A DNA stretch of 60,821 nucleotides from an archaeon (GTDB taxonomy: Archaea > Micrarchaeota > Micrarchaeia > Anstonellales > Anstonellaceae). Below the pieces are notes generated by a model. That model was not told the origin of the DNA. It did not search any database and saw only the letters and a list, made by a program, of their open reading frames with translations. Position numbers and translations under genes: made by a program. Below are positions 9,703-18,837 of the stretch, piece by piece (position 1 is the first letter of the stretch; the number at the start of each line of letters is the position of its first letter). The DNA is taken from the NCBI GenBank assembly GCA_020056635.1, contig JAGVHI010000018.1:1-60821 (forward strand), read 5' to 3'.

Positions 9703-10878
9703 ATGCTAAAACTAGCCCCCAGGATGGAGCAGGTGAAATACGAGATACGCGACATAGTGGTGCGCGCAAAGCAGGTAGAAAAGAAAGGGAAGAAGATGCA
9801 CTGGCTCAATATTGGCGACCCTAACCAGTTCGATTTCCTCCCACCCGAGCACGTGAGGAAAGCCGCGGCAGAGGCTGCGGCAAGCGGCAAATACAGCGCA
9901 TACTGCCCATCGCAGGGGGACGAGGAACTCAGAGTGGCGGTTGGAAAGATTGAGGGGGTGCCTGCAGAACACACGTTCATCACTTCAGGGCTGTCCGAGG
10001 GAATTGATTTCCTGTTCACGGCACTTATCGGGATAGGGGAGGAGGCGCTTTTGCCAAACCCGACCTATCCGCTCTACGTTTCGAAAGCAAGGGTGCATGG
10101 GGCAAGCGATGCGTATTACCCGTCTGATTCGGATTTCATCCCGGTCGCAGAGGAACTCAGGAAGAGCGTGACTGGCAAAACCCGCTCCATTGTGGTGATT
10201 AACCCGAACAACCCAACTGGTGCAACCTACCCAAGGAAGGTGCTGCAAGAGATTGCGGATGTGGCAGCTGAGTTCAAGCTCCCGCTCATTGCTGATGAGA
10301 TTTATGACCAGCTCACGCTTGACGAGGACCATTCGATAAACATGCGCGATGTTGCAGGGGATGACGTGCTCCTGATTACCGGGAACGGAATTTCAAAGAA
10401 CTACCTTTATCCTGGAGCAAGAGTAGGGTACCTTGCGGTGAGGGGGCCTGGAGCAGAAGAGCTTTCCTCTGCCCTGCTCAAGCTTTGCAATGCCCGCCTG
10501 TCGGTGAATTGGGAGATGCAGCGCGCCGCGCTTGCAGCGTTCACAGGCCCGAAAACACACCTTGCTGAAACCAAGAGGAAGCTTCGCGAGAGGCGCGATG
10601 TGATGATGAAGCGCTTTTCGGAAATGGGAGGGGTGCATTGCGCTAGGCCCACTGCAGCTTTCTATGCCCTCCCGAAATTCGAGGGGCTCAAGTTCAAGGA
10701 CGACAAGGAGTTCGTTTACTCGATGATTGAGGAGACGGGCATTGTGATGGTCCCAGGCTCGGCGTTCTCTCCGCATTTGGATGGCATTTATGCGCGGCTT
10801 GTTTTCCTGCCAAAGCCAGATGAGCTCAATGAGGCGATGGACAAGCTGGGAGACTTTTTGAAAAAGAGCAGAAAATGA
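9703..10878 (+). CDS. PLP-dependent class I/II aminotransferase (alanine aminotransferase-like)
   Basis: Motifs LNIGDP, INPNNPTG, ADEIYD, GISKNYLYPGARVGY. Confidence 0.9.
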   Translation: MLKLAPRMEQVKYEIRDIVVRAKQVEKKGKKMHWLNIGDPNQFDFLPPEHVRKAAAEAAASGKYSAYCPSQGDEELRVAVGKIEGVPAEHTFITSGLSEGIDFLFTALIGIGEEALLPNPTYPLYVSKARVHGASDAYYPSDSDFIPVAEELRKSVTGKTRSIVVINPNNPTGATYPRKVLQEIADVAAEFKLPLIADEIYDQLTLDEDHSINMRDVAGDDVLLITGNGISKNYLYPGARVGYLAVRGPGAEELSSALLKLCNARLSVNWEMQRAALAAFTGPKTHLAETKRKLRERRDVMMKRFSEMGGVHCARPTAAFYALPKFEGLKFKDDKEFVYSMIEETGIVMVPGSAFSPHLDGIYARLVFLPKPDELNEAMDKLGDFLKKSRK

Positions 10879-10884
10879 ATTCCC

Positions 10885-11463
10885 TTACTTTATCTCCCCG
10901 CCTTTTGCGTGAGTGTTGCACAGGTCGCGCTCAAACGCGCGGTCGGATGTGTTGAATGAAAGGCAGATTGCAGGGTCGCGGATGAGCTGCGCGAGGTTGA
11001 TCACGCATTCGTGCCTGAATTCTTCGGATTCGATTAATGTGCAGACTGAAATTTCGCGCCTGTCCAATGCCTGCCCCTGCAGGCACGCGTCGCGCACTTC
11101 TGGAATCCTGCTGCGGTAGCACTCTGCATACTGCTGCGCCACCTCAGTCCGGTTCTCAGTTGTGTTTTGAACCTGCTCAGGTGAGATAGTAGTTATGGTG
11201 GGCTGCTTTGGGACAGGCGGCTTTTTTAGCTTCTTTTTTGCCGTCTCGTCTGTTGAATCCGAGAGGCAGGTGGAGCGGAGCTCCTGCTTTTCAATGTTAT
11301 AGCACCTGAAAGGCTCCTGCGCAATAACCGATTCCCGGTAAACACAGCTCTCCTTCCCAGCGCCTGCAGGAATTGAGGAACAGGCATCAGGAACCTGGTT
11401 CTGCGCGCAGCCCGATAGGAATATGACCGCTGCAGCGATTAATACAAGAAGCGCTAGCCTCAT
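10885..11463 (-). CDS. Putative lipoprotein with Cys-paired helical repeats
   Basis: Lipobox-like FLSGC; repeated C-x(9-11)-C units. Confidence 0.7.
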   Translation of the reverse strand: MRLALLVLIAAAVIFLSGCAQNQVPDACSSIPAGAGKESCVYRESVIAQEPFRCYNIEKQELRSTCLSDSTDETAKKKLKKPPVPKQPTITTISPEQVQNTTENRTEVAQQYAECYRSRIPEVRDACLQGQALDRREISVCTLIESEEFRHECVINLAQLIRDPAICLSFNTSDRAFERDLCNTHAKGGEIK

Positions 11464-11502
11464 GTAGTTAGTTCTCCCCTGCAAGTTCATAAATGTTGGT
11501 GG

Positions 11503-12066
11503 CTAGAGCGCAAAAAGCAGCGCGGTTGCCGCAAGCGAAACAGTGATATTGTCGTCAATGCCAAGCTCGAGGCTTTCAACAAGCGCGCAAACTGCAGAGG
11601 CAACGAGCGCCATCCAGCCTGCGATCGCAACCGAAATTGAGGAGAAGACGAAGAATGCAAACGTGCCAAGCATTGTTTTCTTGGGGTTGTAAGGGAGCTT
11701 CCTTTTCCCATGCAGCCCGAAAAGGGTGGAGGCGGAATCGCCCACCGCGAGAATGAACACTGCGGCTGCAGCCTGCTCCGGGTAGGGAAGGATTGAGAGC
11801 GGGAGCAGGAGCCCTGCGGAATACCAAATCGCGCCCTCGAAATGGTTCGCGCCCCTGCGCTCGAACAGCGAGAGAAGCGACCAGAGCGCGCAAGATAGCG
11901 TGCCTGATTTTTTCGCATGGTGCTTTGCATAATAGGAAAGGAGCATGAACCCCAGCAGCAGCGAGAATGCAGCGGCTGCTGCCCAGACCTGCCCGAAAAG
12001 CCAAAGCGTTGCAAGCATGAGAAGGCCGATGTTCAGGTGCGCCAATTGCCTGTCTATTTCGTTCAT
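11503..12066 (-). CDS. SEC59/phytol kinase-like (CTP-dependent polyprenol kinase) membrane protein
   Basis: RQLAH, LAVGDSASTLFG, KKTMLG, IDDNITV; multiple TM helices. Confidence 0.8.
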   Translation of the reverse strand: MNEIDRQLAHLNIGLLMLATLWLFGQVWAAAAAFSLLLGFMLLSYYAKHHAKKSGTLSCALWSLLSLFERRGANHFEGAIWYSAGLLLPLSILPYPEQAAAAVFILAVGDSASTLFGLHGKRKLPYNPKKTMLGTFAFFVFSSISVAIAGWMALVASAVCALVESLELGIDDNITVSLAATALLFAL

Positions 12067-12112
12067 TCTGCCCACCCAGAGTTTGCTCCTGGCCAAATCC
12101 GCCGATATTCGT

Positions 12113-12604
12113 TCATTTTATCCTCCGTGAGTATTTGTCTGCCAGCCTTGCTGATGCAAGAGCTACAAACGCAAGCGCAAGAGATGCGGCTATTTGAATG
12201 AATGAATGCACCCCCAGGTACATCCTGCTAAACGAAACCAGGAGCGCGATTGCAATGAAAATTGGGAAGGATTTGCGCTCGTGGAGCGCAAGCGCGAATG
12301 CGAATGCTATGATTGCATGCCCCGAGGGAGTGCCAAAATCCGCAGGGCAGGGGACCTTGGAATCGATTTGAGGGCAGGGGCGCGCCTGCGCGAGCAGCGG
12401 CTTTGCCCCAAGCGAAATAAGCAGCGCAAACGCAGCGGTTATTGCAAGGAAGCGCGTTGCATCAAGCTCGCGGAAAACTGATGCGATTGCGAAGAAGAGC
12501 AGCACAAGAATGACCATAAACATTCTATAGTTTGAGACGAACACTGAGAGCGAAGTGAGCAGAGGGGCGTCAAGCGAGAAGGCAAGCTGCATTATCGGGT
12601 CCAT
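12113..12604 (-). CDS. PAP2 family phosphatase
   Basis: K-x6-RP, PSGH and SRMYLGVH motifs. Confidence 0.88.
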   Translation of the reverse strand: MDPIMQLAFSLDAPLLTSLSVFVSNYRMFMVILVLLFFAIASVFRELDATRFLAITAAFALLISLGAKPLLAQARPCPQIDSKVPCPADFGTPSGHAIIAFAFALALHERKSFPIFIAIALLVSFSRMYLGVHSFIQIAASLALAFVALASARLADKYSRRIK

Positions 12605-12656
12605 TGATTTGGATTTGGGGCTGCGGTTAAAAAAGGTAGCAACTGCAAATCCGCAC

Positions 12657-13319
12657 ATGAAGCTGCGCGGCGCGAGAGCCATCCTATTTGACATTGACGA
12701 TACGCTTTTCCCTACAACCGAGTTTGCGCAGAGGGCACGCAAGAGCGCAGTGCGAGCCATGGTCAAGGCAGGGCTCAATGCGGCAGGGGCGCAGGCGTAC
12801 TCCACGCTTAGGGGGATAGTGCGCAACAAAAGCTCGAATTACCAGTACCACCTTGATGATTTGTGCGTGCGGTTCAACCATAAGCGCGACCCGAAAATCA
12901 TTGCTGCCGGGATCGCGGCTTACCACGTAGCAAAGGCGGGAATCCGGCCCTTCCCAAGAGTGCGCAAAGCATTGCTCGCTCTCCGGAAAAGAGGCTATGG
13001 GATTTATGCCGCATCAGAGGGGAAGGCGCTTAAGCAGTGGGACAAGCTCTATAGGCTGGGGCTGCATAACGTGCTGCAGGGCGCATTCATTTCCGAGGAG
13101 CTGGGGTGCGATAAAGGGAAGGCGTTTTATGTGAAAATTGCGCGAATTCTTCACATGCCTGCCGCTTCTGTTCTTATGGTGGGGGATAGGGAGGGGAAGG
13201 ACATAATCCCTGCGAAAGAGGCAGGGATGAAAACCGCGCGAGTCTGCAAAAAGGGAGCGAAAAGCGAGGCTGATGCGAAAATTGCGGACTTGTCAGGGCT
13301 CCTCAAGCTTCTCAGATGA
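12657..13319 (+). CDS. HAD-superfamily hydrolase
   Basis: FDIDDTL motif I; MVGD...DI. Confidence 0.9.
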   Translation: MKLRGARAILFDIDDTLFPTTEFAQRARKSAVRAMVKAGLNAAGAQAYSTLRGIVRNKSSNYQYHLDDLCVRFNHKRDPKIIAAGIAAYHVAKAGIRPFPRVRKALLALRKRGYGIYAASEGKALKQWDKLYRLGLHNVLQGAFISEELGCDKGKAFYVKIARILHMPAASVLMVGDREGKDIIPAKEAGMKTARVCKKGAKSEADAKIADLSGLLKLLR

Positions 13320-13349
13320 TCTTGCGCGCAAAAGCGGCGGCAGGTGAGC

Positions 13350-13694
13350 TCAGATGAATTTTACGCCGCAGGCAGGGCAGGAGAGCATGTAGTAGTCCGC
13401 GCGGTAGGCGCAAAGCGGGCAGACAAACGTGCTCCCTGGCACGGTTGGGGCAGAGGGCATGAACGATTTCCCGCACTTGGAGCATGAGAGCGCATTGATT
13501 GGGTTGTTTTCCTTGCAGCTGGGGCATTCTACCCTGAACATTGTGGATATGTGCGTGCCGCAGCCTGGGCAGCGCTCCATGTCAAGCGTCACCGGCTTTT
13601 TGCATTTGGGGCACTTTAGGTCCTTTCCGCCCTTGATTTGGACGTTGCCGCCCTGGCCCTTGACAACGTTTTTCAGGAGCTCCATCATCCCCAT
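13350..13694 (-). CDS. Multi zinc-ribbon protein
   Basis: Six CxxC motifs forming three ribbons in 114 aa. Confidence 0.8.
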   Translation of the reverse strand: MGMMELLKNVVKGQGGNVQIKGGKDLKCPKCKKPVTLDMERCPGCGTHISTMFRVECPSCKENNPINALSCSKCGKSFMPSAPTVPGSTFVCPLCAYRADYYMLSCPACGVKFI

Positions 13695-13747
13695 AAGGGG
13701 ACTAATGCGAGAAACTGGTTAAAAAACCGCACTTGCATTATACCTGC

Positions 13748-14317
13748 ATGATTTTCATAATCGAGAACGGGTCGCAGTACACGCACGTGATTTGGAGGAG
13801 CGTGCGGGATCTGGGGTTCGAGGCGAAAATAGTTGCGAACAAGGAGAGGATGGACACGCTTGCAGATGCCCAAGCGTTCATAATGGGGGGCGGGCCAGGC
13901 TCATCGTATCTTGACAAGTACCCTCTTTGCGAGGAAATAGTGCATAAAGCTGCAGAAGGGAAATTAGGGAAACCGGTGCTTGGGATTTGCCTTGGGCAGC
14001 AGATAATTGGGCATTTGCTTGGGGGAAAAGTCGAGAAAGGGCCTTCGGCAGAGTACGGGCTTGCGCAAGTGGAAGTGGATAAGGAGGGGGTTCTGCTTAG
14101 GGGGCTTCCTGCAAAATTCAATGTGTGGGTATCGCATTTTGACGAGGTTGTGAAGGAACCAGTTGGATTCTTGGTGCTTGCTCACTCGGATACTTGCAAA
14201 ATAGAGGCTATGGAAAACGTGAAGCGGGAATTGTTCGCTACGCAGTTCCATCCTGAAGTCTGGCACACCGAGCACGGGGAGGAGATTTTGAAAAACTTCC
14301 TTTCGCGCTGCAAATGA
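13748..14317 (+). CDS. guaAA: GMP synthase glutaminase subunit A
   Basis: GSQYTH, GICLGQQ, SHFDEV, QFHPEV. Confidence 0.92.
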   Translation: MIFIIENGSQYTHVIWRSVRDLGFEAKIVANKERMDTLADAQAFIMGGGPGSSYLDKYPLCEEIVHKAAEGKLGKPVLGICLGQQIIGHLLGGKVEKGPSAEYGLAQVEVDKEGVLLRGLPAKFNVWVSHFDEVVKEPVGFLVLAHSDTCKIEAMENVKRELFATQFHPEVWHTEHGEEILKNFLSRCK

Positions 14318-14354
14318 GGCAGGAATAAAAAGCGTTTGAGCACTAAATAATGCC

Positions 14355-14470
14355 GCAGGGATGGCGGAGCCCGGTCAATCGCGTCAGACTCAAGATCACG
14401 TCTCTTCGCAAACGCGCGATGGGATATCTGATGACTTAGGTCTTCGGGAGTTCAAATCTCCCTCCCTGCA
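14355..14470 (+). tRNA. tRNA-Leu(CAA) with a 31-nt intron at 37/38 (14395-14425)
   Basis: Acceptor GCAGGGA/TCCCTGC, anticodon stem TCAGA/TCTGA, long variable arm, T-loop TTCAAAT, BHB helix CTCA/TGGG with 3-nt bulges. Confidence 0.92.
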
Positions 14471-14498
14471 CTCTGTATCAGCGGTTCGGGGGAGACGC

Positions 14499-15059
14499 AT
14501 GAAAAACGTTTTCATTTTCTACGGAACTGCCGGCCATCCTGGGGAGAACTGGTTCCCGTGGCTGAAAGGGGAGCTTGAGAAGAAAGGGTTTAGGGCCATA
14601 ATCCCAAAGTTTCCAAGCCCGGAAAACCAGACATTGGAGAATTGGTTCGCTGTTTTTGAGAAATACAAGAAAGAGTTCACAGAGGATACAATACTTGTTG
14701 GGCATAGCTTAGGCGGCACGTTTGCGCTGCGGGTCATGGAAAAAAGCCAAGTCAGGATTAAGGCGCTATTTCTTGTGGCTGCCGCAATCGGGATACCGCC
14801 TCTGAAAAACTATGAGACAGACAGGCCGTTTGTGGAAAAGCCTTTTAACTGGGAAAAAATTAGGGGGAAATGCGGAAAAATAGTTGTATTTCACTCGGAT
14901 GACGATCCCATTGTTTTTGTGGGCAATGGAATCGAGATTGCCAAGAACTTGGATGCAGAATTCGTCAGGTCGCCCACTGGGGGCCATTTCAATGCAAAAG
15001 CCGGGTATTTGAAGTTCCCATTATTGAGAGACAGAATATTGGATATGGAGCCCGCCTGA
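14499..15059 (+). CDS. RBBP9/YdeN family alpha/beta hydrolase
   Basis: NWFPWL, GHSLG, SDDDP, GGHFN; the longer track ORF overlaps the tRNA. Confidence 0.88.
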   Translation: MKNVFIFYGTAGHPGENWFPWLKGELEKKGFRAIIPKFPSPENQTLENWFAVFEKYKKEFTEDTILVGHSLGGTFALRVMEKSQVRIKALFLVAAAIGIPPLKNYETDRPFVEKPFNWEKIRGKCGKIVVFHSDDDPIVFVGNGIEIAKNLDAEFVRSPTGGHFNAKAGYLKFPLLRDRILDMEPA

Positions 15060-15062
15060 TTG

Positions 15063-16337
15063 TCAGTATTCGTCTTTTTTCTTCAGGATAAGGAAATAGC
15101 CTGCAACCATTGCGATTATTGCCGCCCCAACGCCAGCGTATACTGTTGTGGGGTCGAACCCGAATATCTTGTCGCCATCAGGGGTCGTTCCAGTGCCGTT
15201 TTGGCCAGTTCCGCCACCAGGGGGCTTGGGCTTCGTGCCAGAAGGCACTATGTACTCCCCAAGCGCCTTGTTCGAGTTGCCCTCCTTGTCGCTTATTGTT
15301 ATCGAAAAGCTCACATATGTGTTGGGTGGCTGCACAGGTATGTCCGCCTGGTAGGTCCCGCGCTTGAGCGTGTACATCGATGCGTCCCGCTCGCGGCCCT
15401 TCACCCTGTAGCGCACCACGAAGTGGGAGTTCTCGTCAAAGCCGCTTGCATAGGCCCCCTCATCCGCAACCTCTATAGTAACCCTGCCAAGCCCGTCAAC
15501 CAGCTCGACTGTCGGCAGGCTCCTAAACACCGGCTTGTGCGTGTCGATCACTATTGTGAGCGATTCCTGAACTGAGAAGTCCGCCACCAGCTTTTTCTCG
15601 CGGCGCCCATACGTGGCCGCAACTTCAGCAGAGGCAAGCGGGGTTTTTGGGAATTGGGCGGTCCCGTTCACATCAGTCTGAATTTCCATGTCGCCGGCGC
15701 GCACGGTTGCGTTGAGGGGCGCACCCCGGTCGTCAATCACTTTCACCCTGGGGGAATAGATTGGCCAGATCACTTGCTCGTTCGTATCGTTGACCATGGT
15801 AAAGGAGCGCGTAGACTCAAAGCCGAGCTTGCGCAGGGTGATGTTTATTTTACCGCCCCCCACCTGGAGGAATGCATTGCCCGATGAATCGGTGGTTGCG
15901 GCAGAATTCTCGAACTGCACTGTGGTGTTTGGGTGCGGCTGGCGGGTTTGGTCAAACAGCTTGAGGTAAAGGGCGTATGACGTGACATGCATAGGGTACG
16001 GGTCCTCGCGTATTACGGGTGTGCTGCTGTGGGAGAATGATTGCGATACTGAAGAAGAGCCGAACTTCACATAGACTGTGTAATCGTTCTTTGTCCTGGA
16101 GCCGGAGGGGTCGTAGTTGAAGTATTTTATCGTGACGGTCCCGTTCGCCCCAGTTATCAGCTTGCTCGTGTTCGCCTTTAGTTCGTAGCGTATCCAGTAT
16201 TCCGCCCATACGGTTGCGCCCGGGACAGGCCTGCCAAGCTGGTCAACCACGATAATGTTTATCGATTCAGAGTATTCCGCGAAAAGCGGGAGCGCAAGGA
16301 GCAGAATGAATATGGCAGGCAGCAGCGGGTTTCGCAT
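15063..16337 (-). CDS. Secreted, membrane-anchored protein with repeated carboxypeptidase-regulatory-like domains
   Basis: Signal peptide; three V(V/I)D..G.P...ATV...T..NG-like units; C-terminal TM. Confidence 0.78.
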   Translation of the reverse strand: MRNPLLPAIFILLLALPLFAEYSESINIIVVDQLGRPVPGATVWAEYWIRYELKANTSKLITGANGTVTIKYFNYDPSGSRTKNDYTVYVKFGSSSVSQSFSHSSTPVIREDPYPMHVTSYALYLKLFDQTRQPHPNTTVQFENSAATTDSSGNAFLQVGGGKINITLRKLGFESTRSFTMVNDTNEQVIWPIYSPRVKVIDDRGAPLNATVRAGDMEIQTDVNGTAQFPKTPLASAEVAATYGRREKKLVADFSVQESLTIVIDTHKPVFRSLPTVELVDGLGRVTIEVADEGAYASGFDENSHFVVRYRVKGRERDASMYTLKRGTYQADIPVQPPNTYVSFSITISDKEGNSNKALGEYIVPSGTKPKPPGGGTGQNGTGTTPDGDKIFGFDPTTVYAGVGAAIIAMVAGYFLILKKKDEY

Positions 16338-16392
16338 AGAATTCCCTTGGGGGGATGGATATTAAAATCATGCCGGAGTATAGCCGGTTTGT

Positions 16393-17715
16393 ATGGCAGT
16401 GTCTCCACTTGAGGACCGGTACAAAACCGAGATGAACGCGATTTTTGAGGACAAGGCAAAGCTTGGCTACTGGATGGCAGTTGAAGTTGCCCTTGCGCAC
16501 GCGCATGCGAAGCTCGGGGACATTCCAAAAGACGCGCCTTCCGAGATTGAGAAGGCATCCAAAAAGGTGGAGCTTTCCAGAGTGCTTGAGATTGAGGCGT
16601 CTACGCACCATGATTTGATGGCGATGGTCAAGGCGCTCACTGAAAAGTGCCAGGGGAAGTCTGGAGCCCATGTGCATTTGGGGGCGACAAGCTATGATAT
16701 TGAGGACACCGCCACCGCGCTGCAGTTCCGGGATGCGATAGCGCTCATCAGGAAGCACTCGCTTGAGCTTTGCAAGGTGCTCCGCTCGCTTGCGGTTGCG
16801 CACAAGCGGACAGTGTGCGTGGGCAGGACACACGGGCAGCATGCGGTGCCCACAACATATGGGATGAAGTTCGCGCTCTATTACACTGAAATGCGGAGGA
16901 ATTTGGAAAGGCTGGATTCTGCGCTTGCAAGGATATCAGTGGGCAAAATGTCAGGTGCCACAGGCACGATGGCAACGTTTTGGGGAAAGGGAAGGCAGAT
17001 TCAGGCGCTTGTGATGGCCGAGCTTGGGCTGCAGGCTGCCAAAGTGTCGAACCAGGTGGTGCAGCGGGACCGGCATGCGGAAGTGCTGTTCGTGATTTCA
17101 CTGATTGGGGCAACGCTTGAGAAAATTGCAAAAGAAATCCGGAATTTGCAGCGGAGCGAAATAATGGAAGTGGCTGAGCCTTTCGCAAGCACGCAAGTTG
17201 GCTCGTCCACCATGCCGCAGAAGAGGAACCCGCACAAATCAGAGAGGATTTGCTCGCTTGCGAGGGTGCTTCGGGCGAATGTGCAGACCGCGCTTGAGAA
17301 CATAGCGCTTGAGCACGAGAGGGATTTGAGCAACTCCGCAAATGAGAGGTACATTTTCGCTGAATCGTTCATAACCTGTGACTATATGCTGAAGCAAACG
17401 GCATCCATACTTTCGGGGCTTGAGTTCTTCCCGGAAAACATCAAGCGGAACCTTGAGTCCTCGGACGGGCGCGTGATGGCTGAGAGGGTGATGATAGCGC
17501 TTGCAAAAAAGGGGATGGGCAGGCAGGATGCGCATGAGATCATCAGGGCCGCCAGCATCGAATCGTTCAGGAAAAACAGGCCGTTGCTCGAGGTGCTCTC
17601 TGCGAACAAAACGGTTGCAAAGCACTTGACGCGCGCAGAGCTTTCAAAGCTGTTCGATTACGCAACTTACATTGGAGAAGCGCCGCAAATAGTCGAGGAA
17701 GCGGCAAAGGAGTAG
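16393..17715 (+). CDS. purB: Adenylosuccinate lyase
   Basis: HLGATSYDI, GRTHGQHA, GSSTMPQKRNP. Confidence 0.96.
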   Translation: MAVSPLEDRYKTEMNAIFEDKAKLGYWMAVEVALAHAHAKLGDIPKDAPSEIEKASKKVELSRVLEIEASTHHDLMAMVKALTEKCQGKSGAHVHLGATSYDIEDTATALQFRDAIALIRKHSLELCKVLRSLAVAHKRTVCVGRTHGQHAVPTTYGMKFALYYTEMRRNLERLDSALARISVGKMSGATGTMATFWGKGRQIQALVMAELGLQAAKVSNQVVQRDRHAEVLFVISLIGATLEKIAKEIRNLQRSEIMEVAEPFASTQVGSSTMPQKRNPHKSERICSLARVLRANVQTALENIALEHERDLSNSANERYIFAESFITCDYMLKQTASILSGLEFFPENIKRNLESSDGRVMAERVMIALAKKGMGRQDAHEIIRAASIESFRKNRPLLEVLSANKTVAKHLTRAELSKLFDYATYIGEAPQIVEEAAKE

Positions 17716-17730
17716 GCTCTTGTTCATTTT

Positions 17731-18738
17731 TCAGGTGCAAACGTTGCCTGCACAATTATTTGAGCAGCAGTGCGAATTAGAGGAACATGTTTCCCCTGCC
17801 ACGTTGCAGCAGTGCCCGTCCTGGCAAACCGAAACATGGATTCCGGTGGTGGAATCATAGCAGCAGTCATCATCGGAGCTGCAGCTTGGCTTCCCCTGCG
17901 TAGTTGAGGATTTGCAGCAGATCTTTTTTCCTGTGACTGCAGATGAGAACGGTTGGGTTGGGGAGCAGCAGTTCGGGCTAGCGGCGGATAGGTTGCCAGT
18001 GAATTCCGGATGGCAGCATTTGCTTTCGCATGCCTGCACCCCGCCTGACTGGCAGCACTCGGACGCAGAGCCGCAATTTTGGTCGTTGGCTGTGCACGCG
18101 CAGGAGCTGGATATGCATGAGCCTGAGCAGCATTGCGAGCCTGCAGTGCATGCAGTCCCCTCGTACCTGCAGCATGTAGAAAATAGGCACGTGTCGTTTT
18201 GCGAGCAACATTGCAATTCGCTTGCGCAGCCCGATTGGCCTTCAGAATAGGCGCAGCCGTAGCGCGGGTCGATTTCGCCTGGGCAGACCACCATGAAATC
18301 CCGAGCCCCAGCCTGGACAAGGCTGCCAAATGCCGCAGTGCCATATGTGAAGGAGAGCGGGAATTCGCACATCCCAATTGGAGAGCTTATGTTTGCAGGA
18401 ACTGCAATGATGATACCTGCCCCTGGGCTCAGATATATGTGCGGAGAAAGCGGGTATGCGGTCCCGGAAACCGAAGCTGAGCTTAGCGTGACTGATTCGA
18501 CTGCGTTGTTCTGTATTTTCATCGCAAGCGTGCCGTTCGGGTAGACTTTTGCGTCAAGCACCGCAAGAGGGTGCGCCGCCCCGCGCCAGTACGCCTGACT
18601 TTGCTTCAGCTTGACGTGCAGCGCGGTTCCGGGGTTCCATGTGAGAAGCGCAGTTGCGGTGAGCAGCACCATGAGCACCACTGCGGCAAGAATCATGTAT
18701 TCGACCACTGCCTGCCCGCGTCCTTTGTCCACTGCCAC
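17731..18738 (-). CDS. Pilin-like (class III signal peptide) protein with about 6 Cys-rich knottin-like repeats; paralogue of 1..2904
   Basis: KGRGQAVVEY plus hydrophobic helix; SQAYW..A.P domain; C-x6-C-x5-CC-x3-C-x4-C units. Confidence 0.85.
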   Translation of the reverse strand: MAVDKGRGQAVVEYMILAAVVLMVLLTATALLTWNPGTALHVKLKQSQAYWRGAAHPLAVLDAKVYPNGTLAMKIQNNAVESVTLSSASVSGTAYPLSPHIYLSPGAGIIIAVPANISSPIGMCEFPLSFTYGTAAFGSLVQAGARDFMVVCPGEIDPRYGCAYSEGQSGCASELQCCSQNDTCLFSTCCRYEGTACTAGSQCCSGSCISSSCACTANDQNCGSASECCQSGGVQACESKCCHPEFTGNLSAASPNCCSPTQPFSSAVTGKKICCKSSTTQGKPSCSSDDDCCYDSTTGIHVSVCQDGHCCNVAGETCSSNSHCCSNNCAGNVCT

Positions 18739-18837
18739 GCAAAAGCCTGCGAACTGCTGGGTTATAAATGTTTATCGAGAAATGATGTGGGAGTTAGTCA
18801 AGTATGTTGCTAATTTCATTATCGAATCGGCGGGTGG

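Noticed and set aside
14361-14498. N-terminal extension of the YdeN-like ORF
   Set aside because: It overlaps tRNA-Leu; the SD and family motifs support ATG 14499
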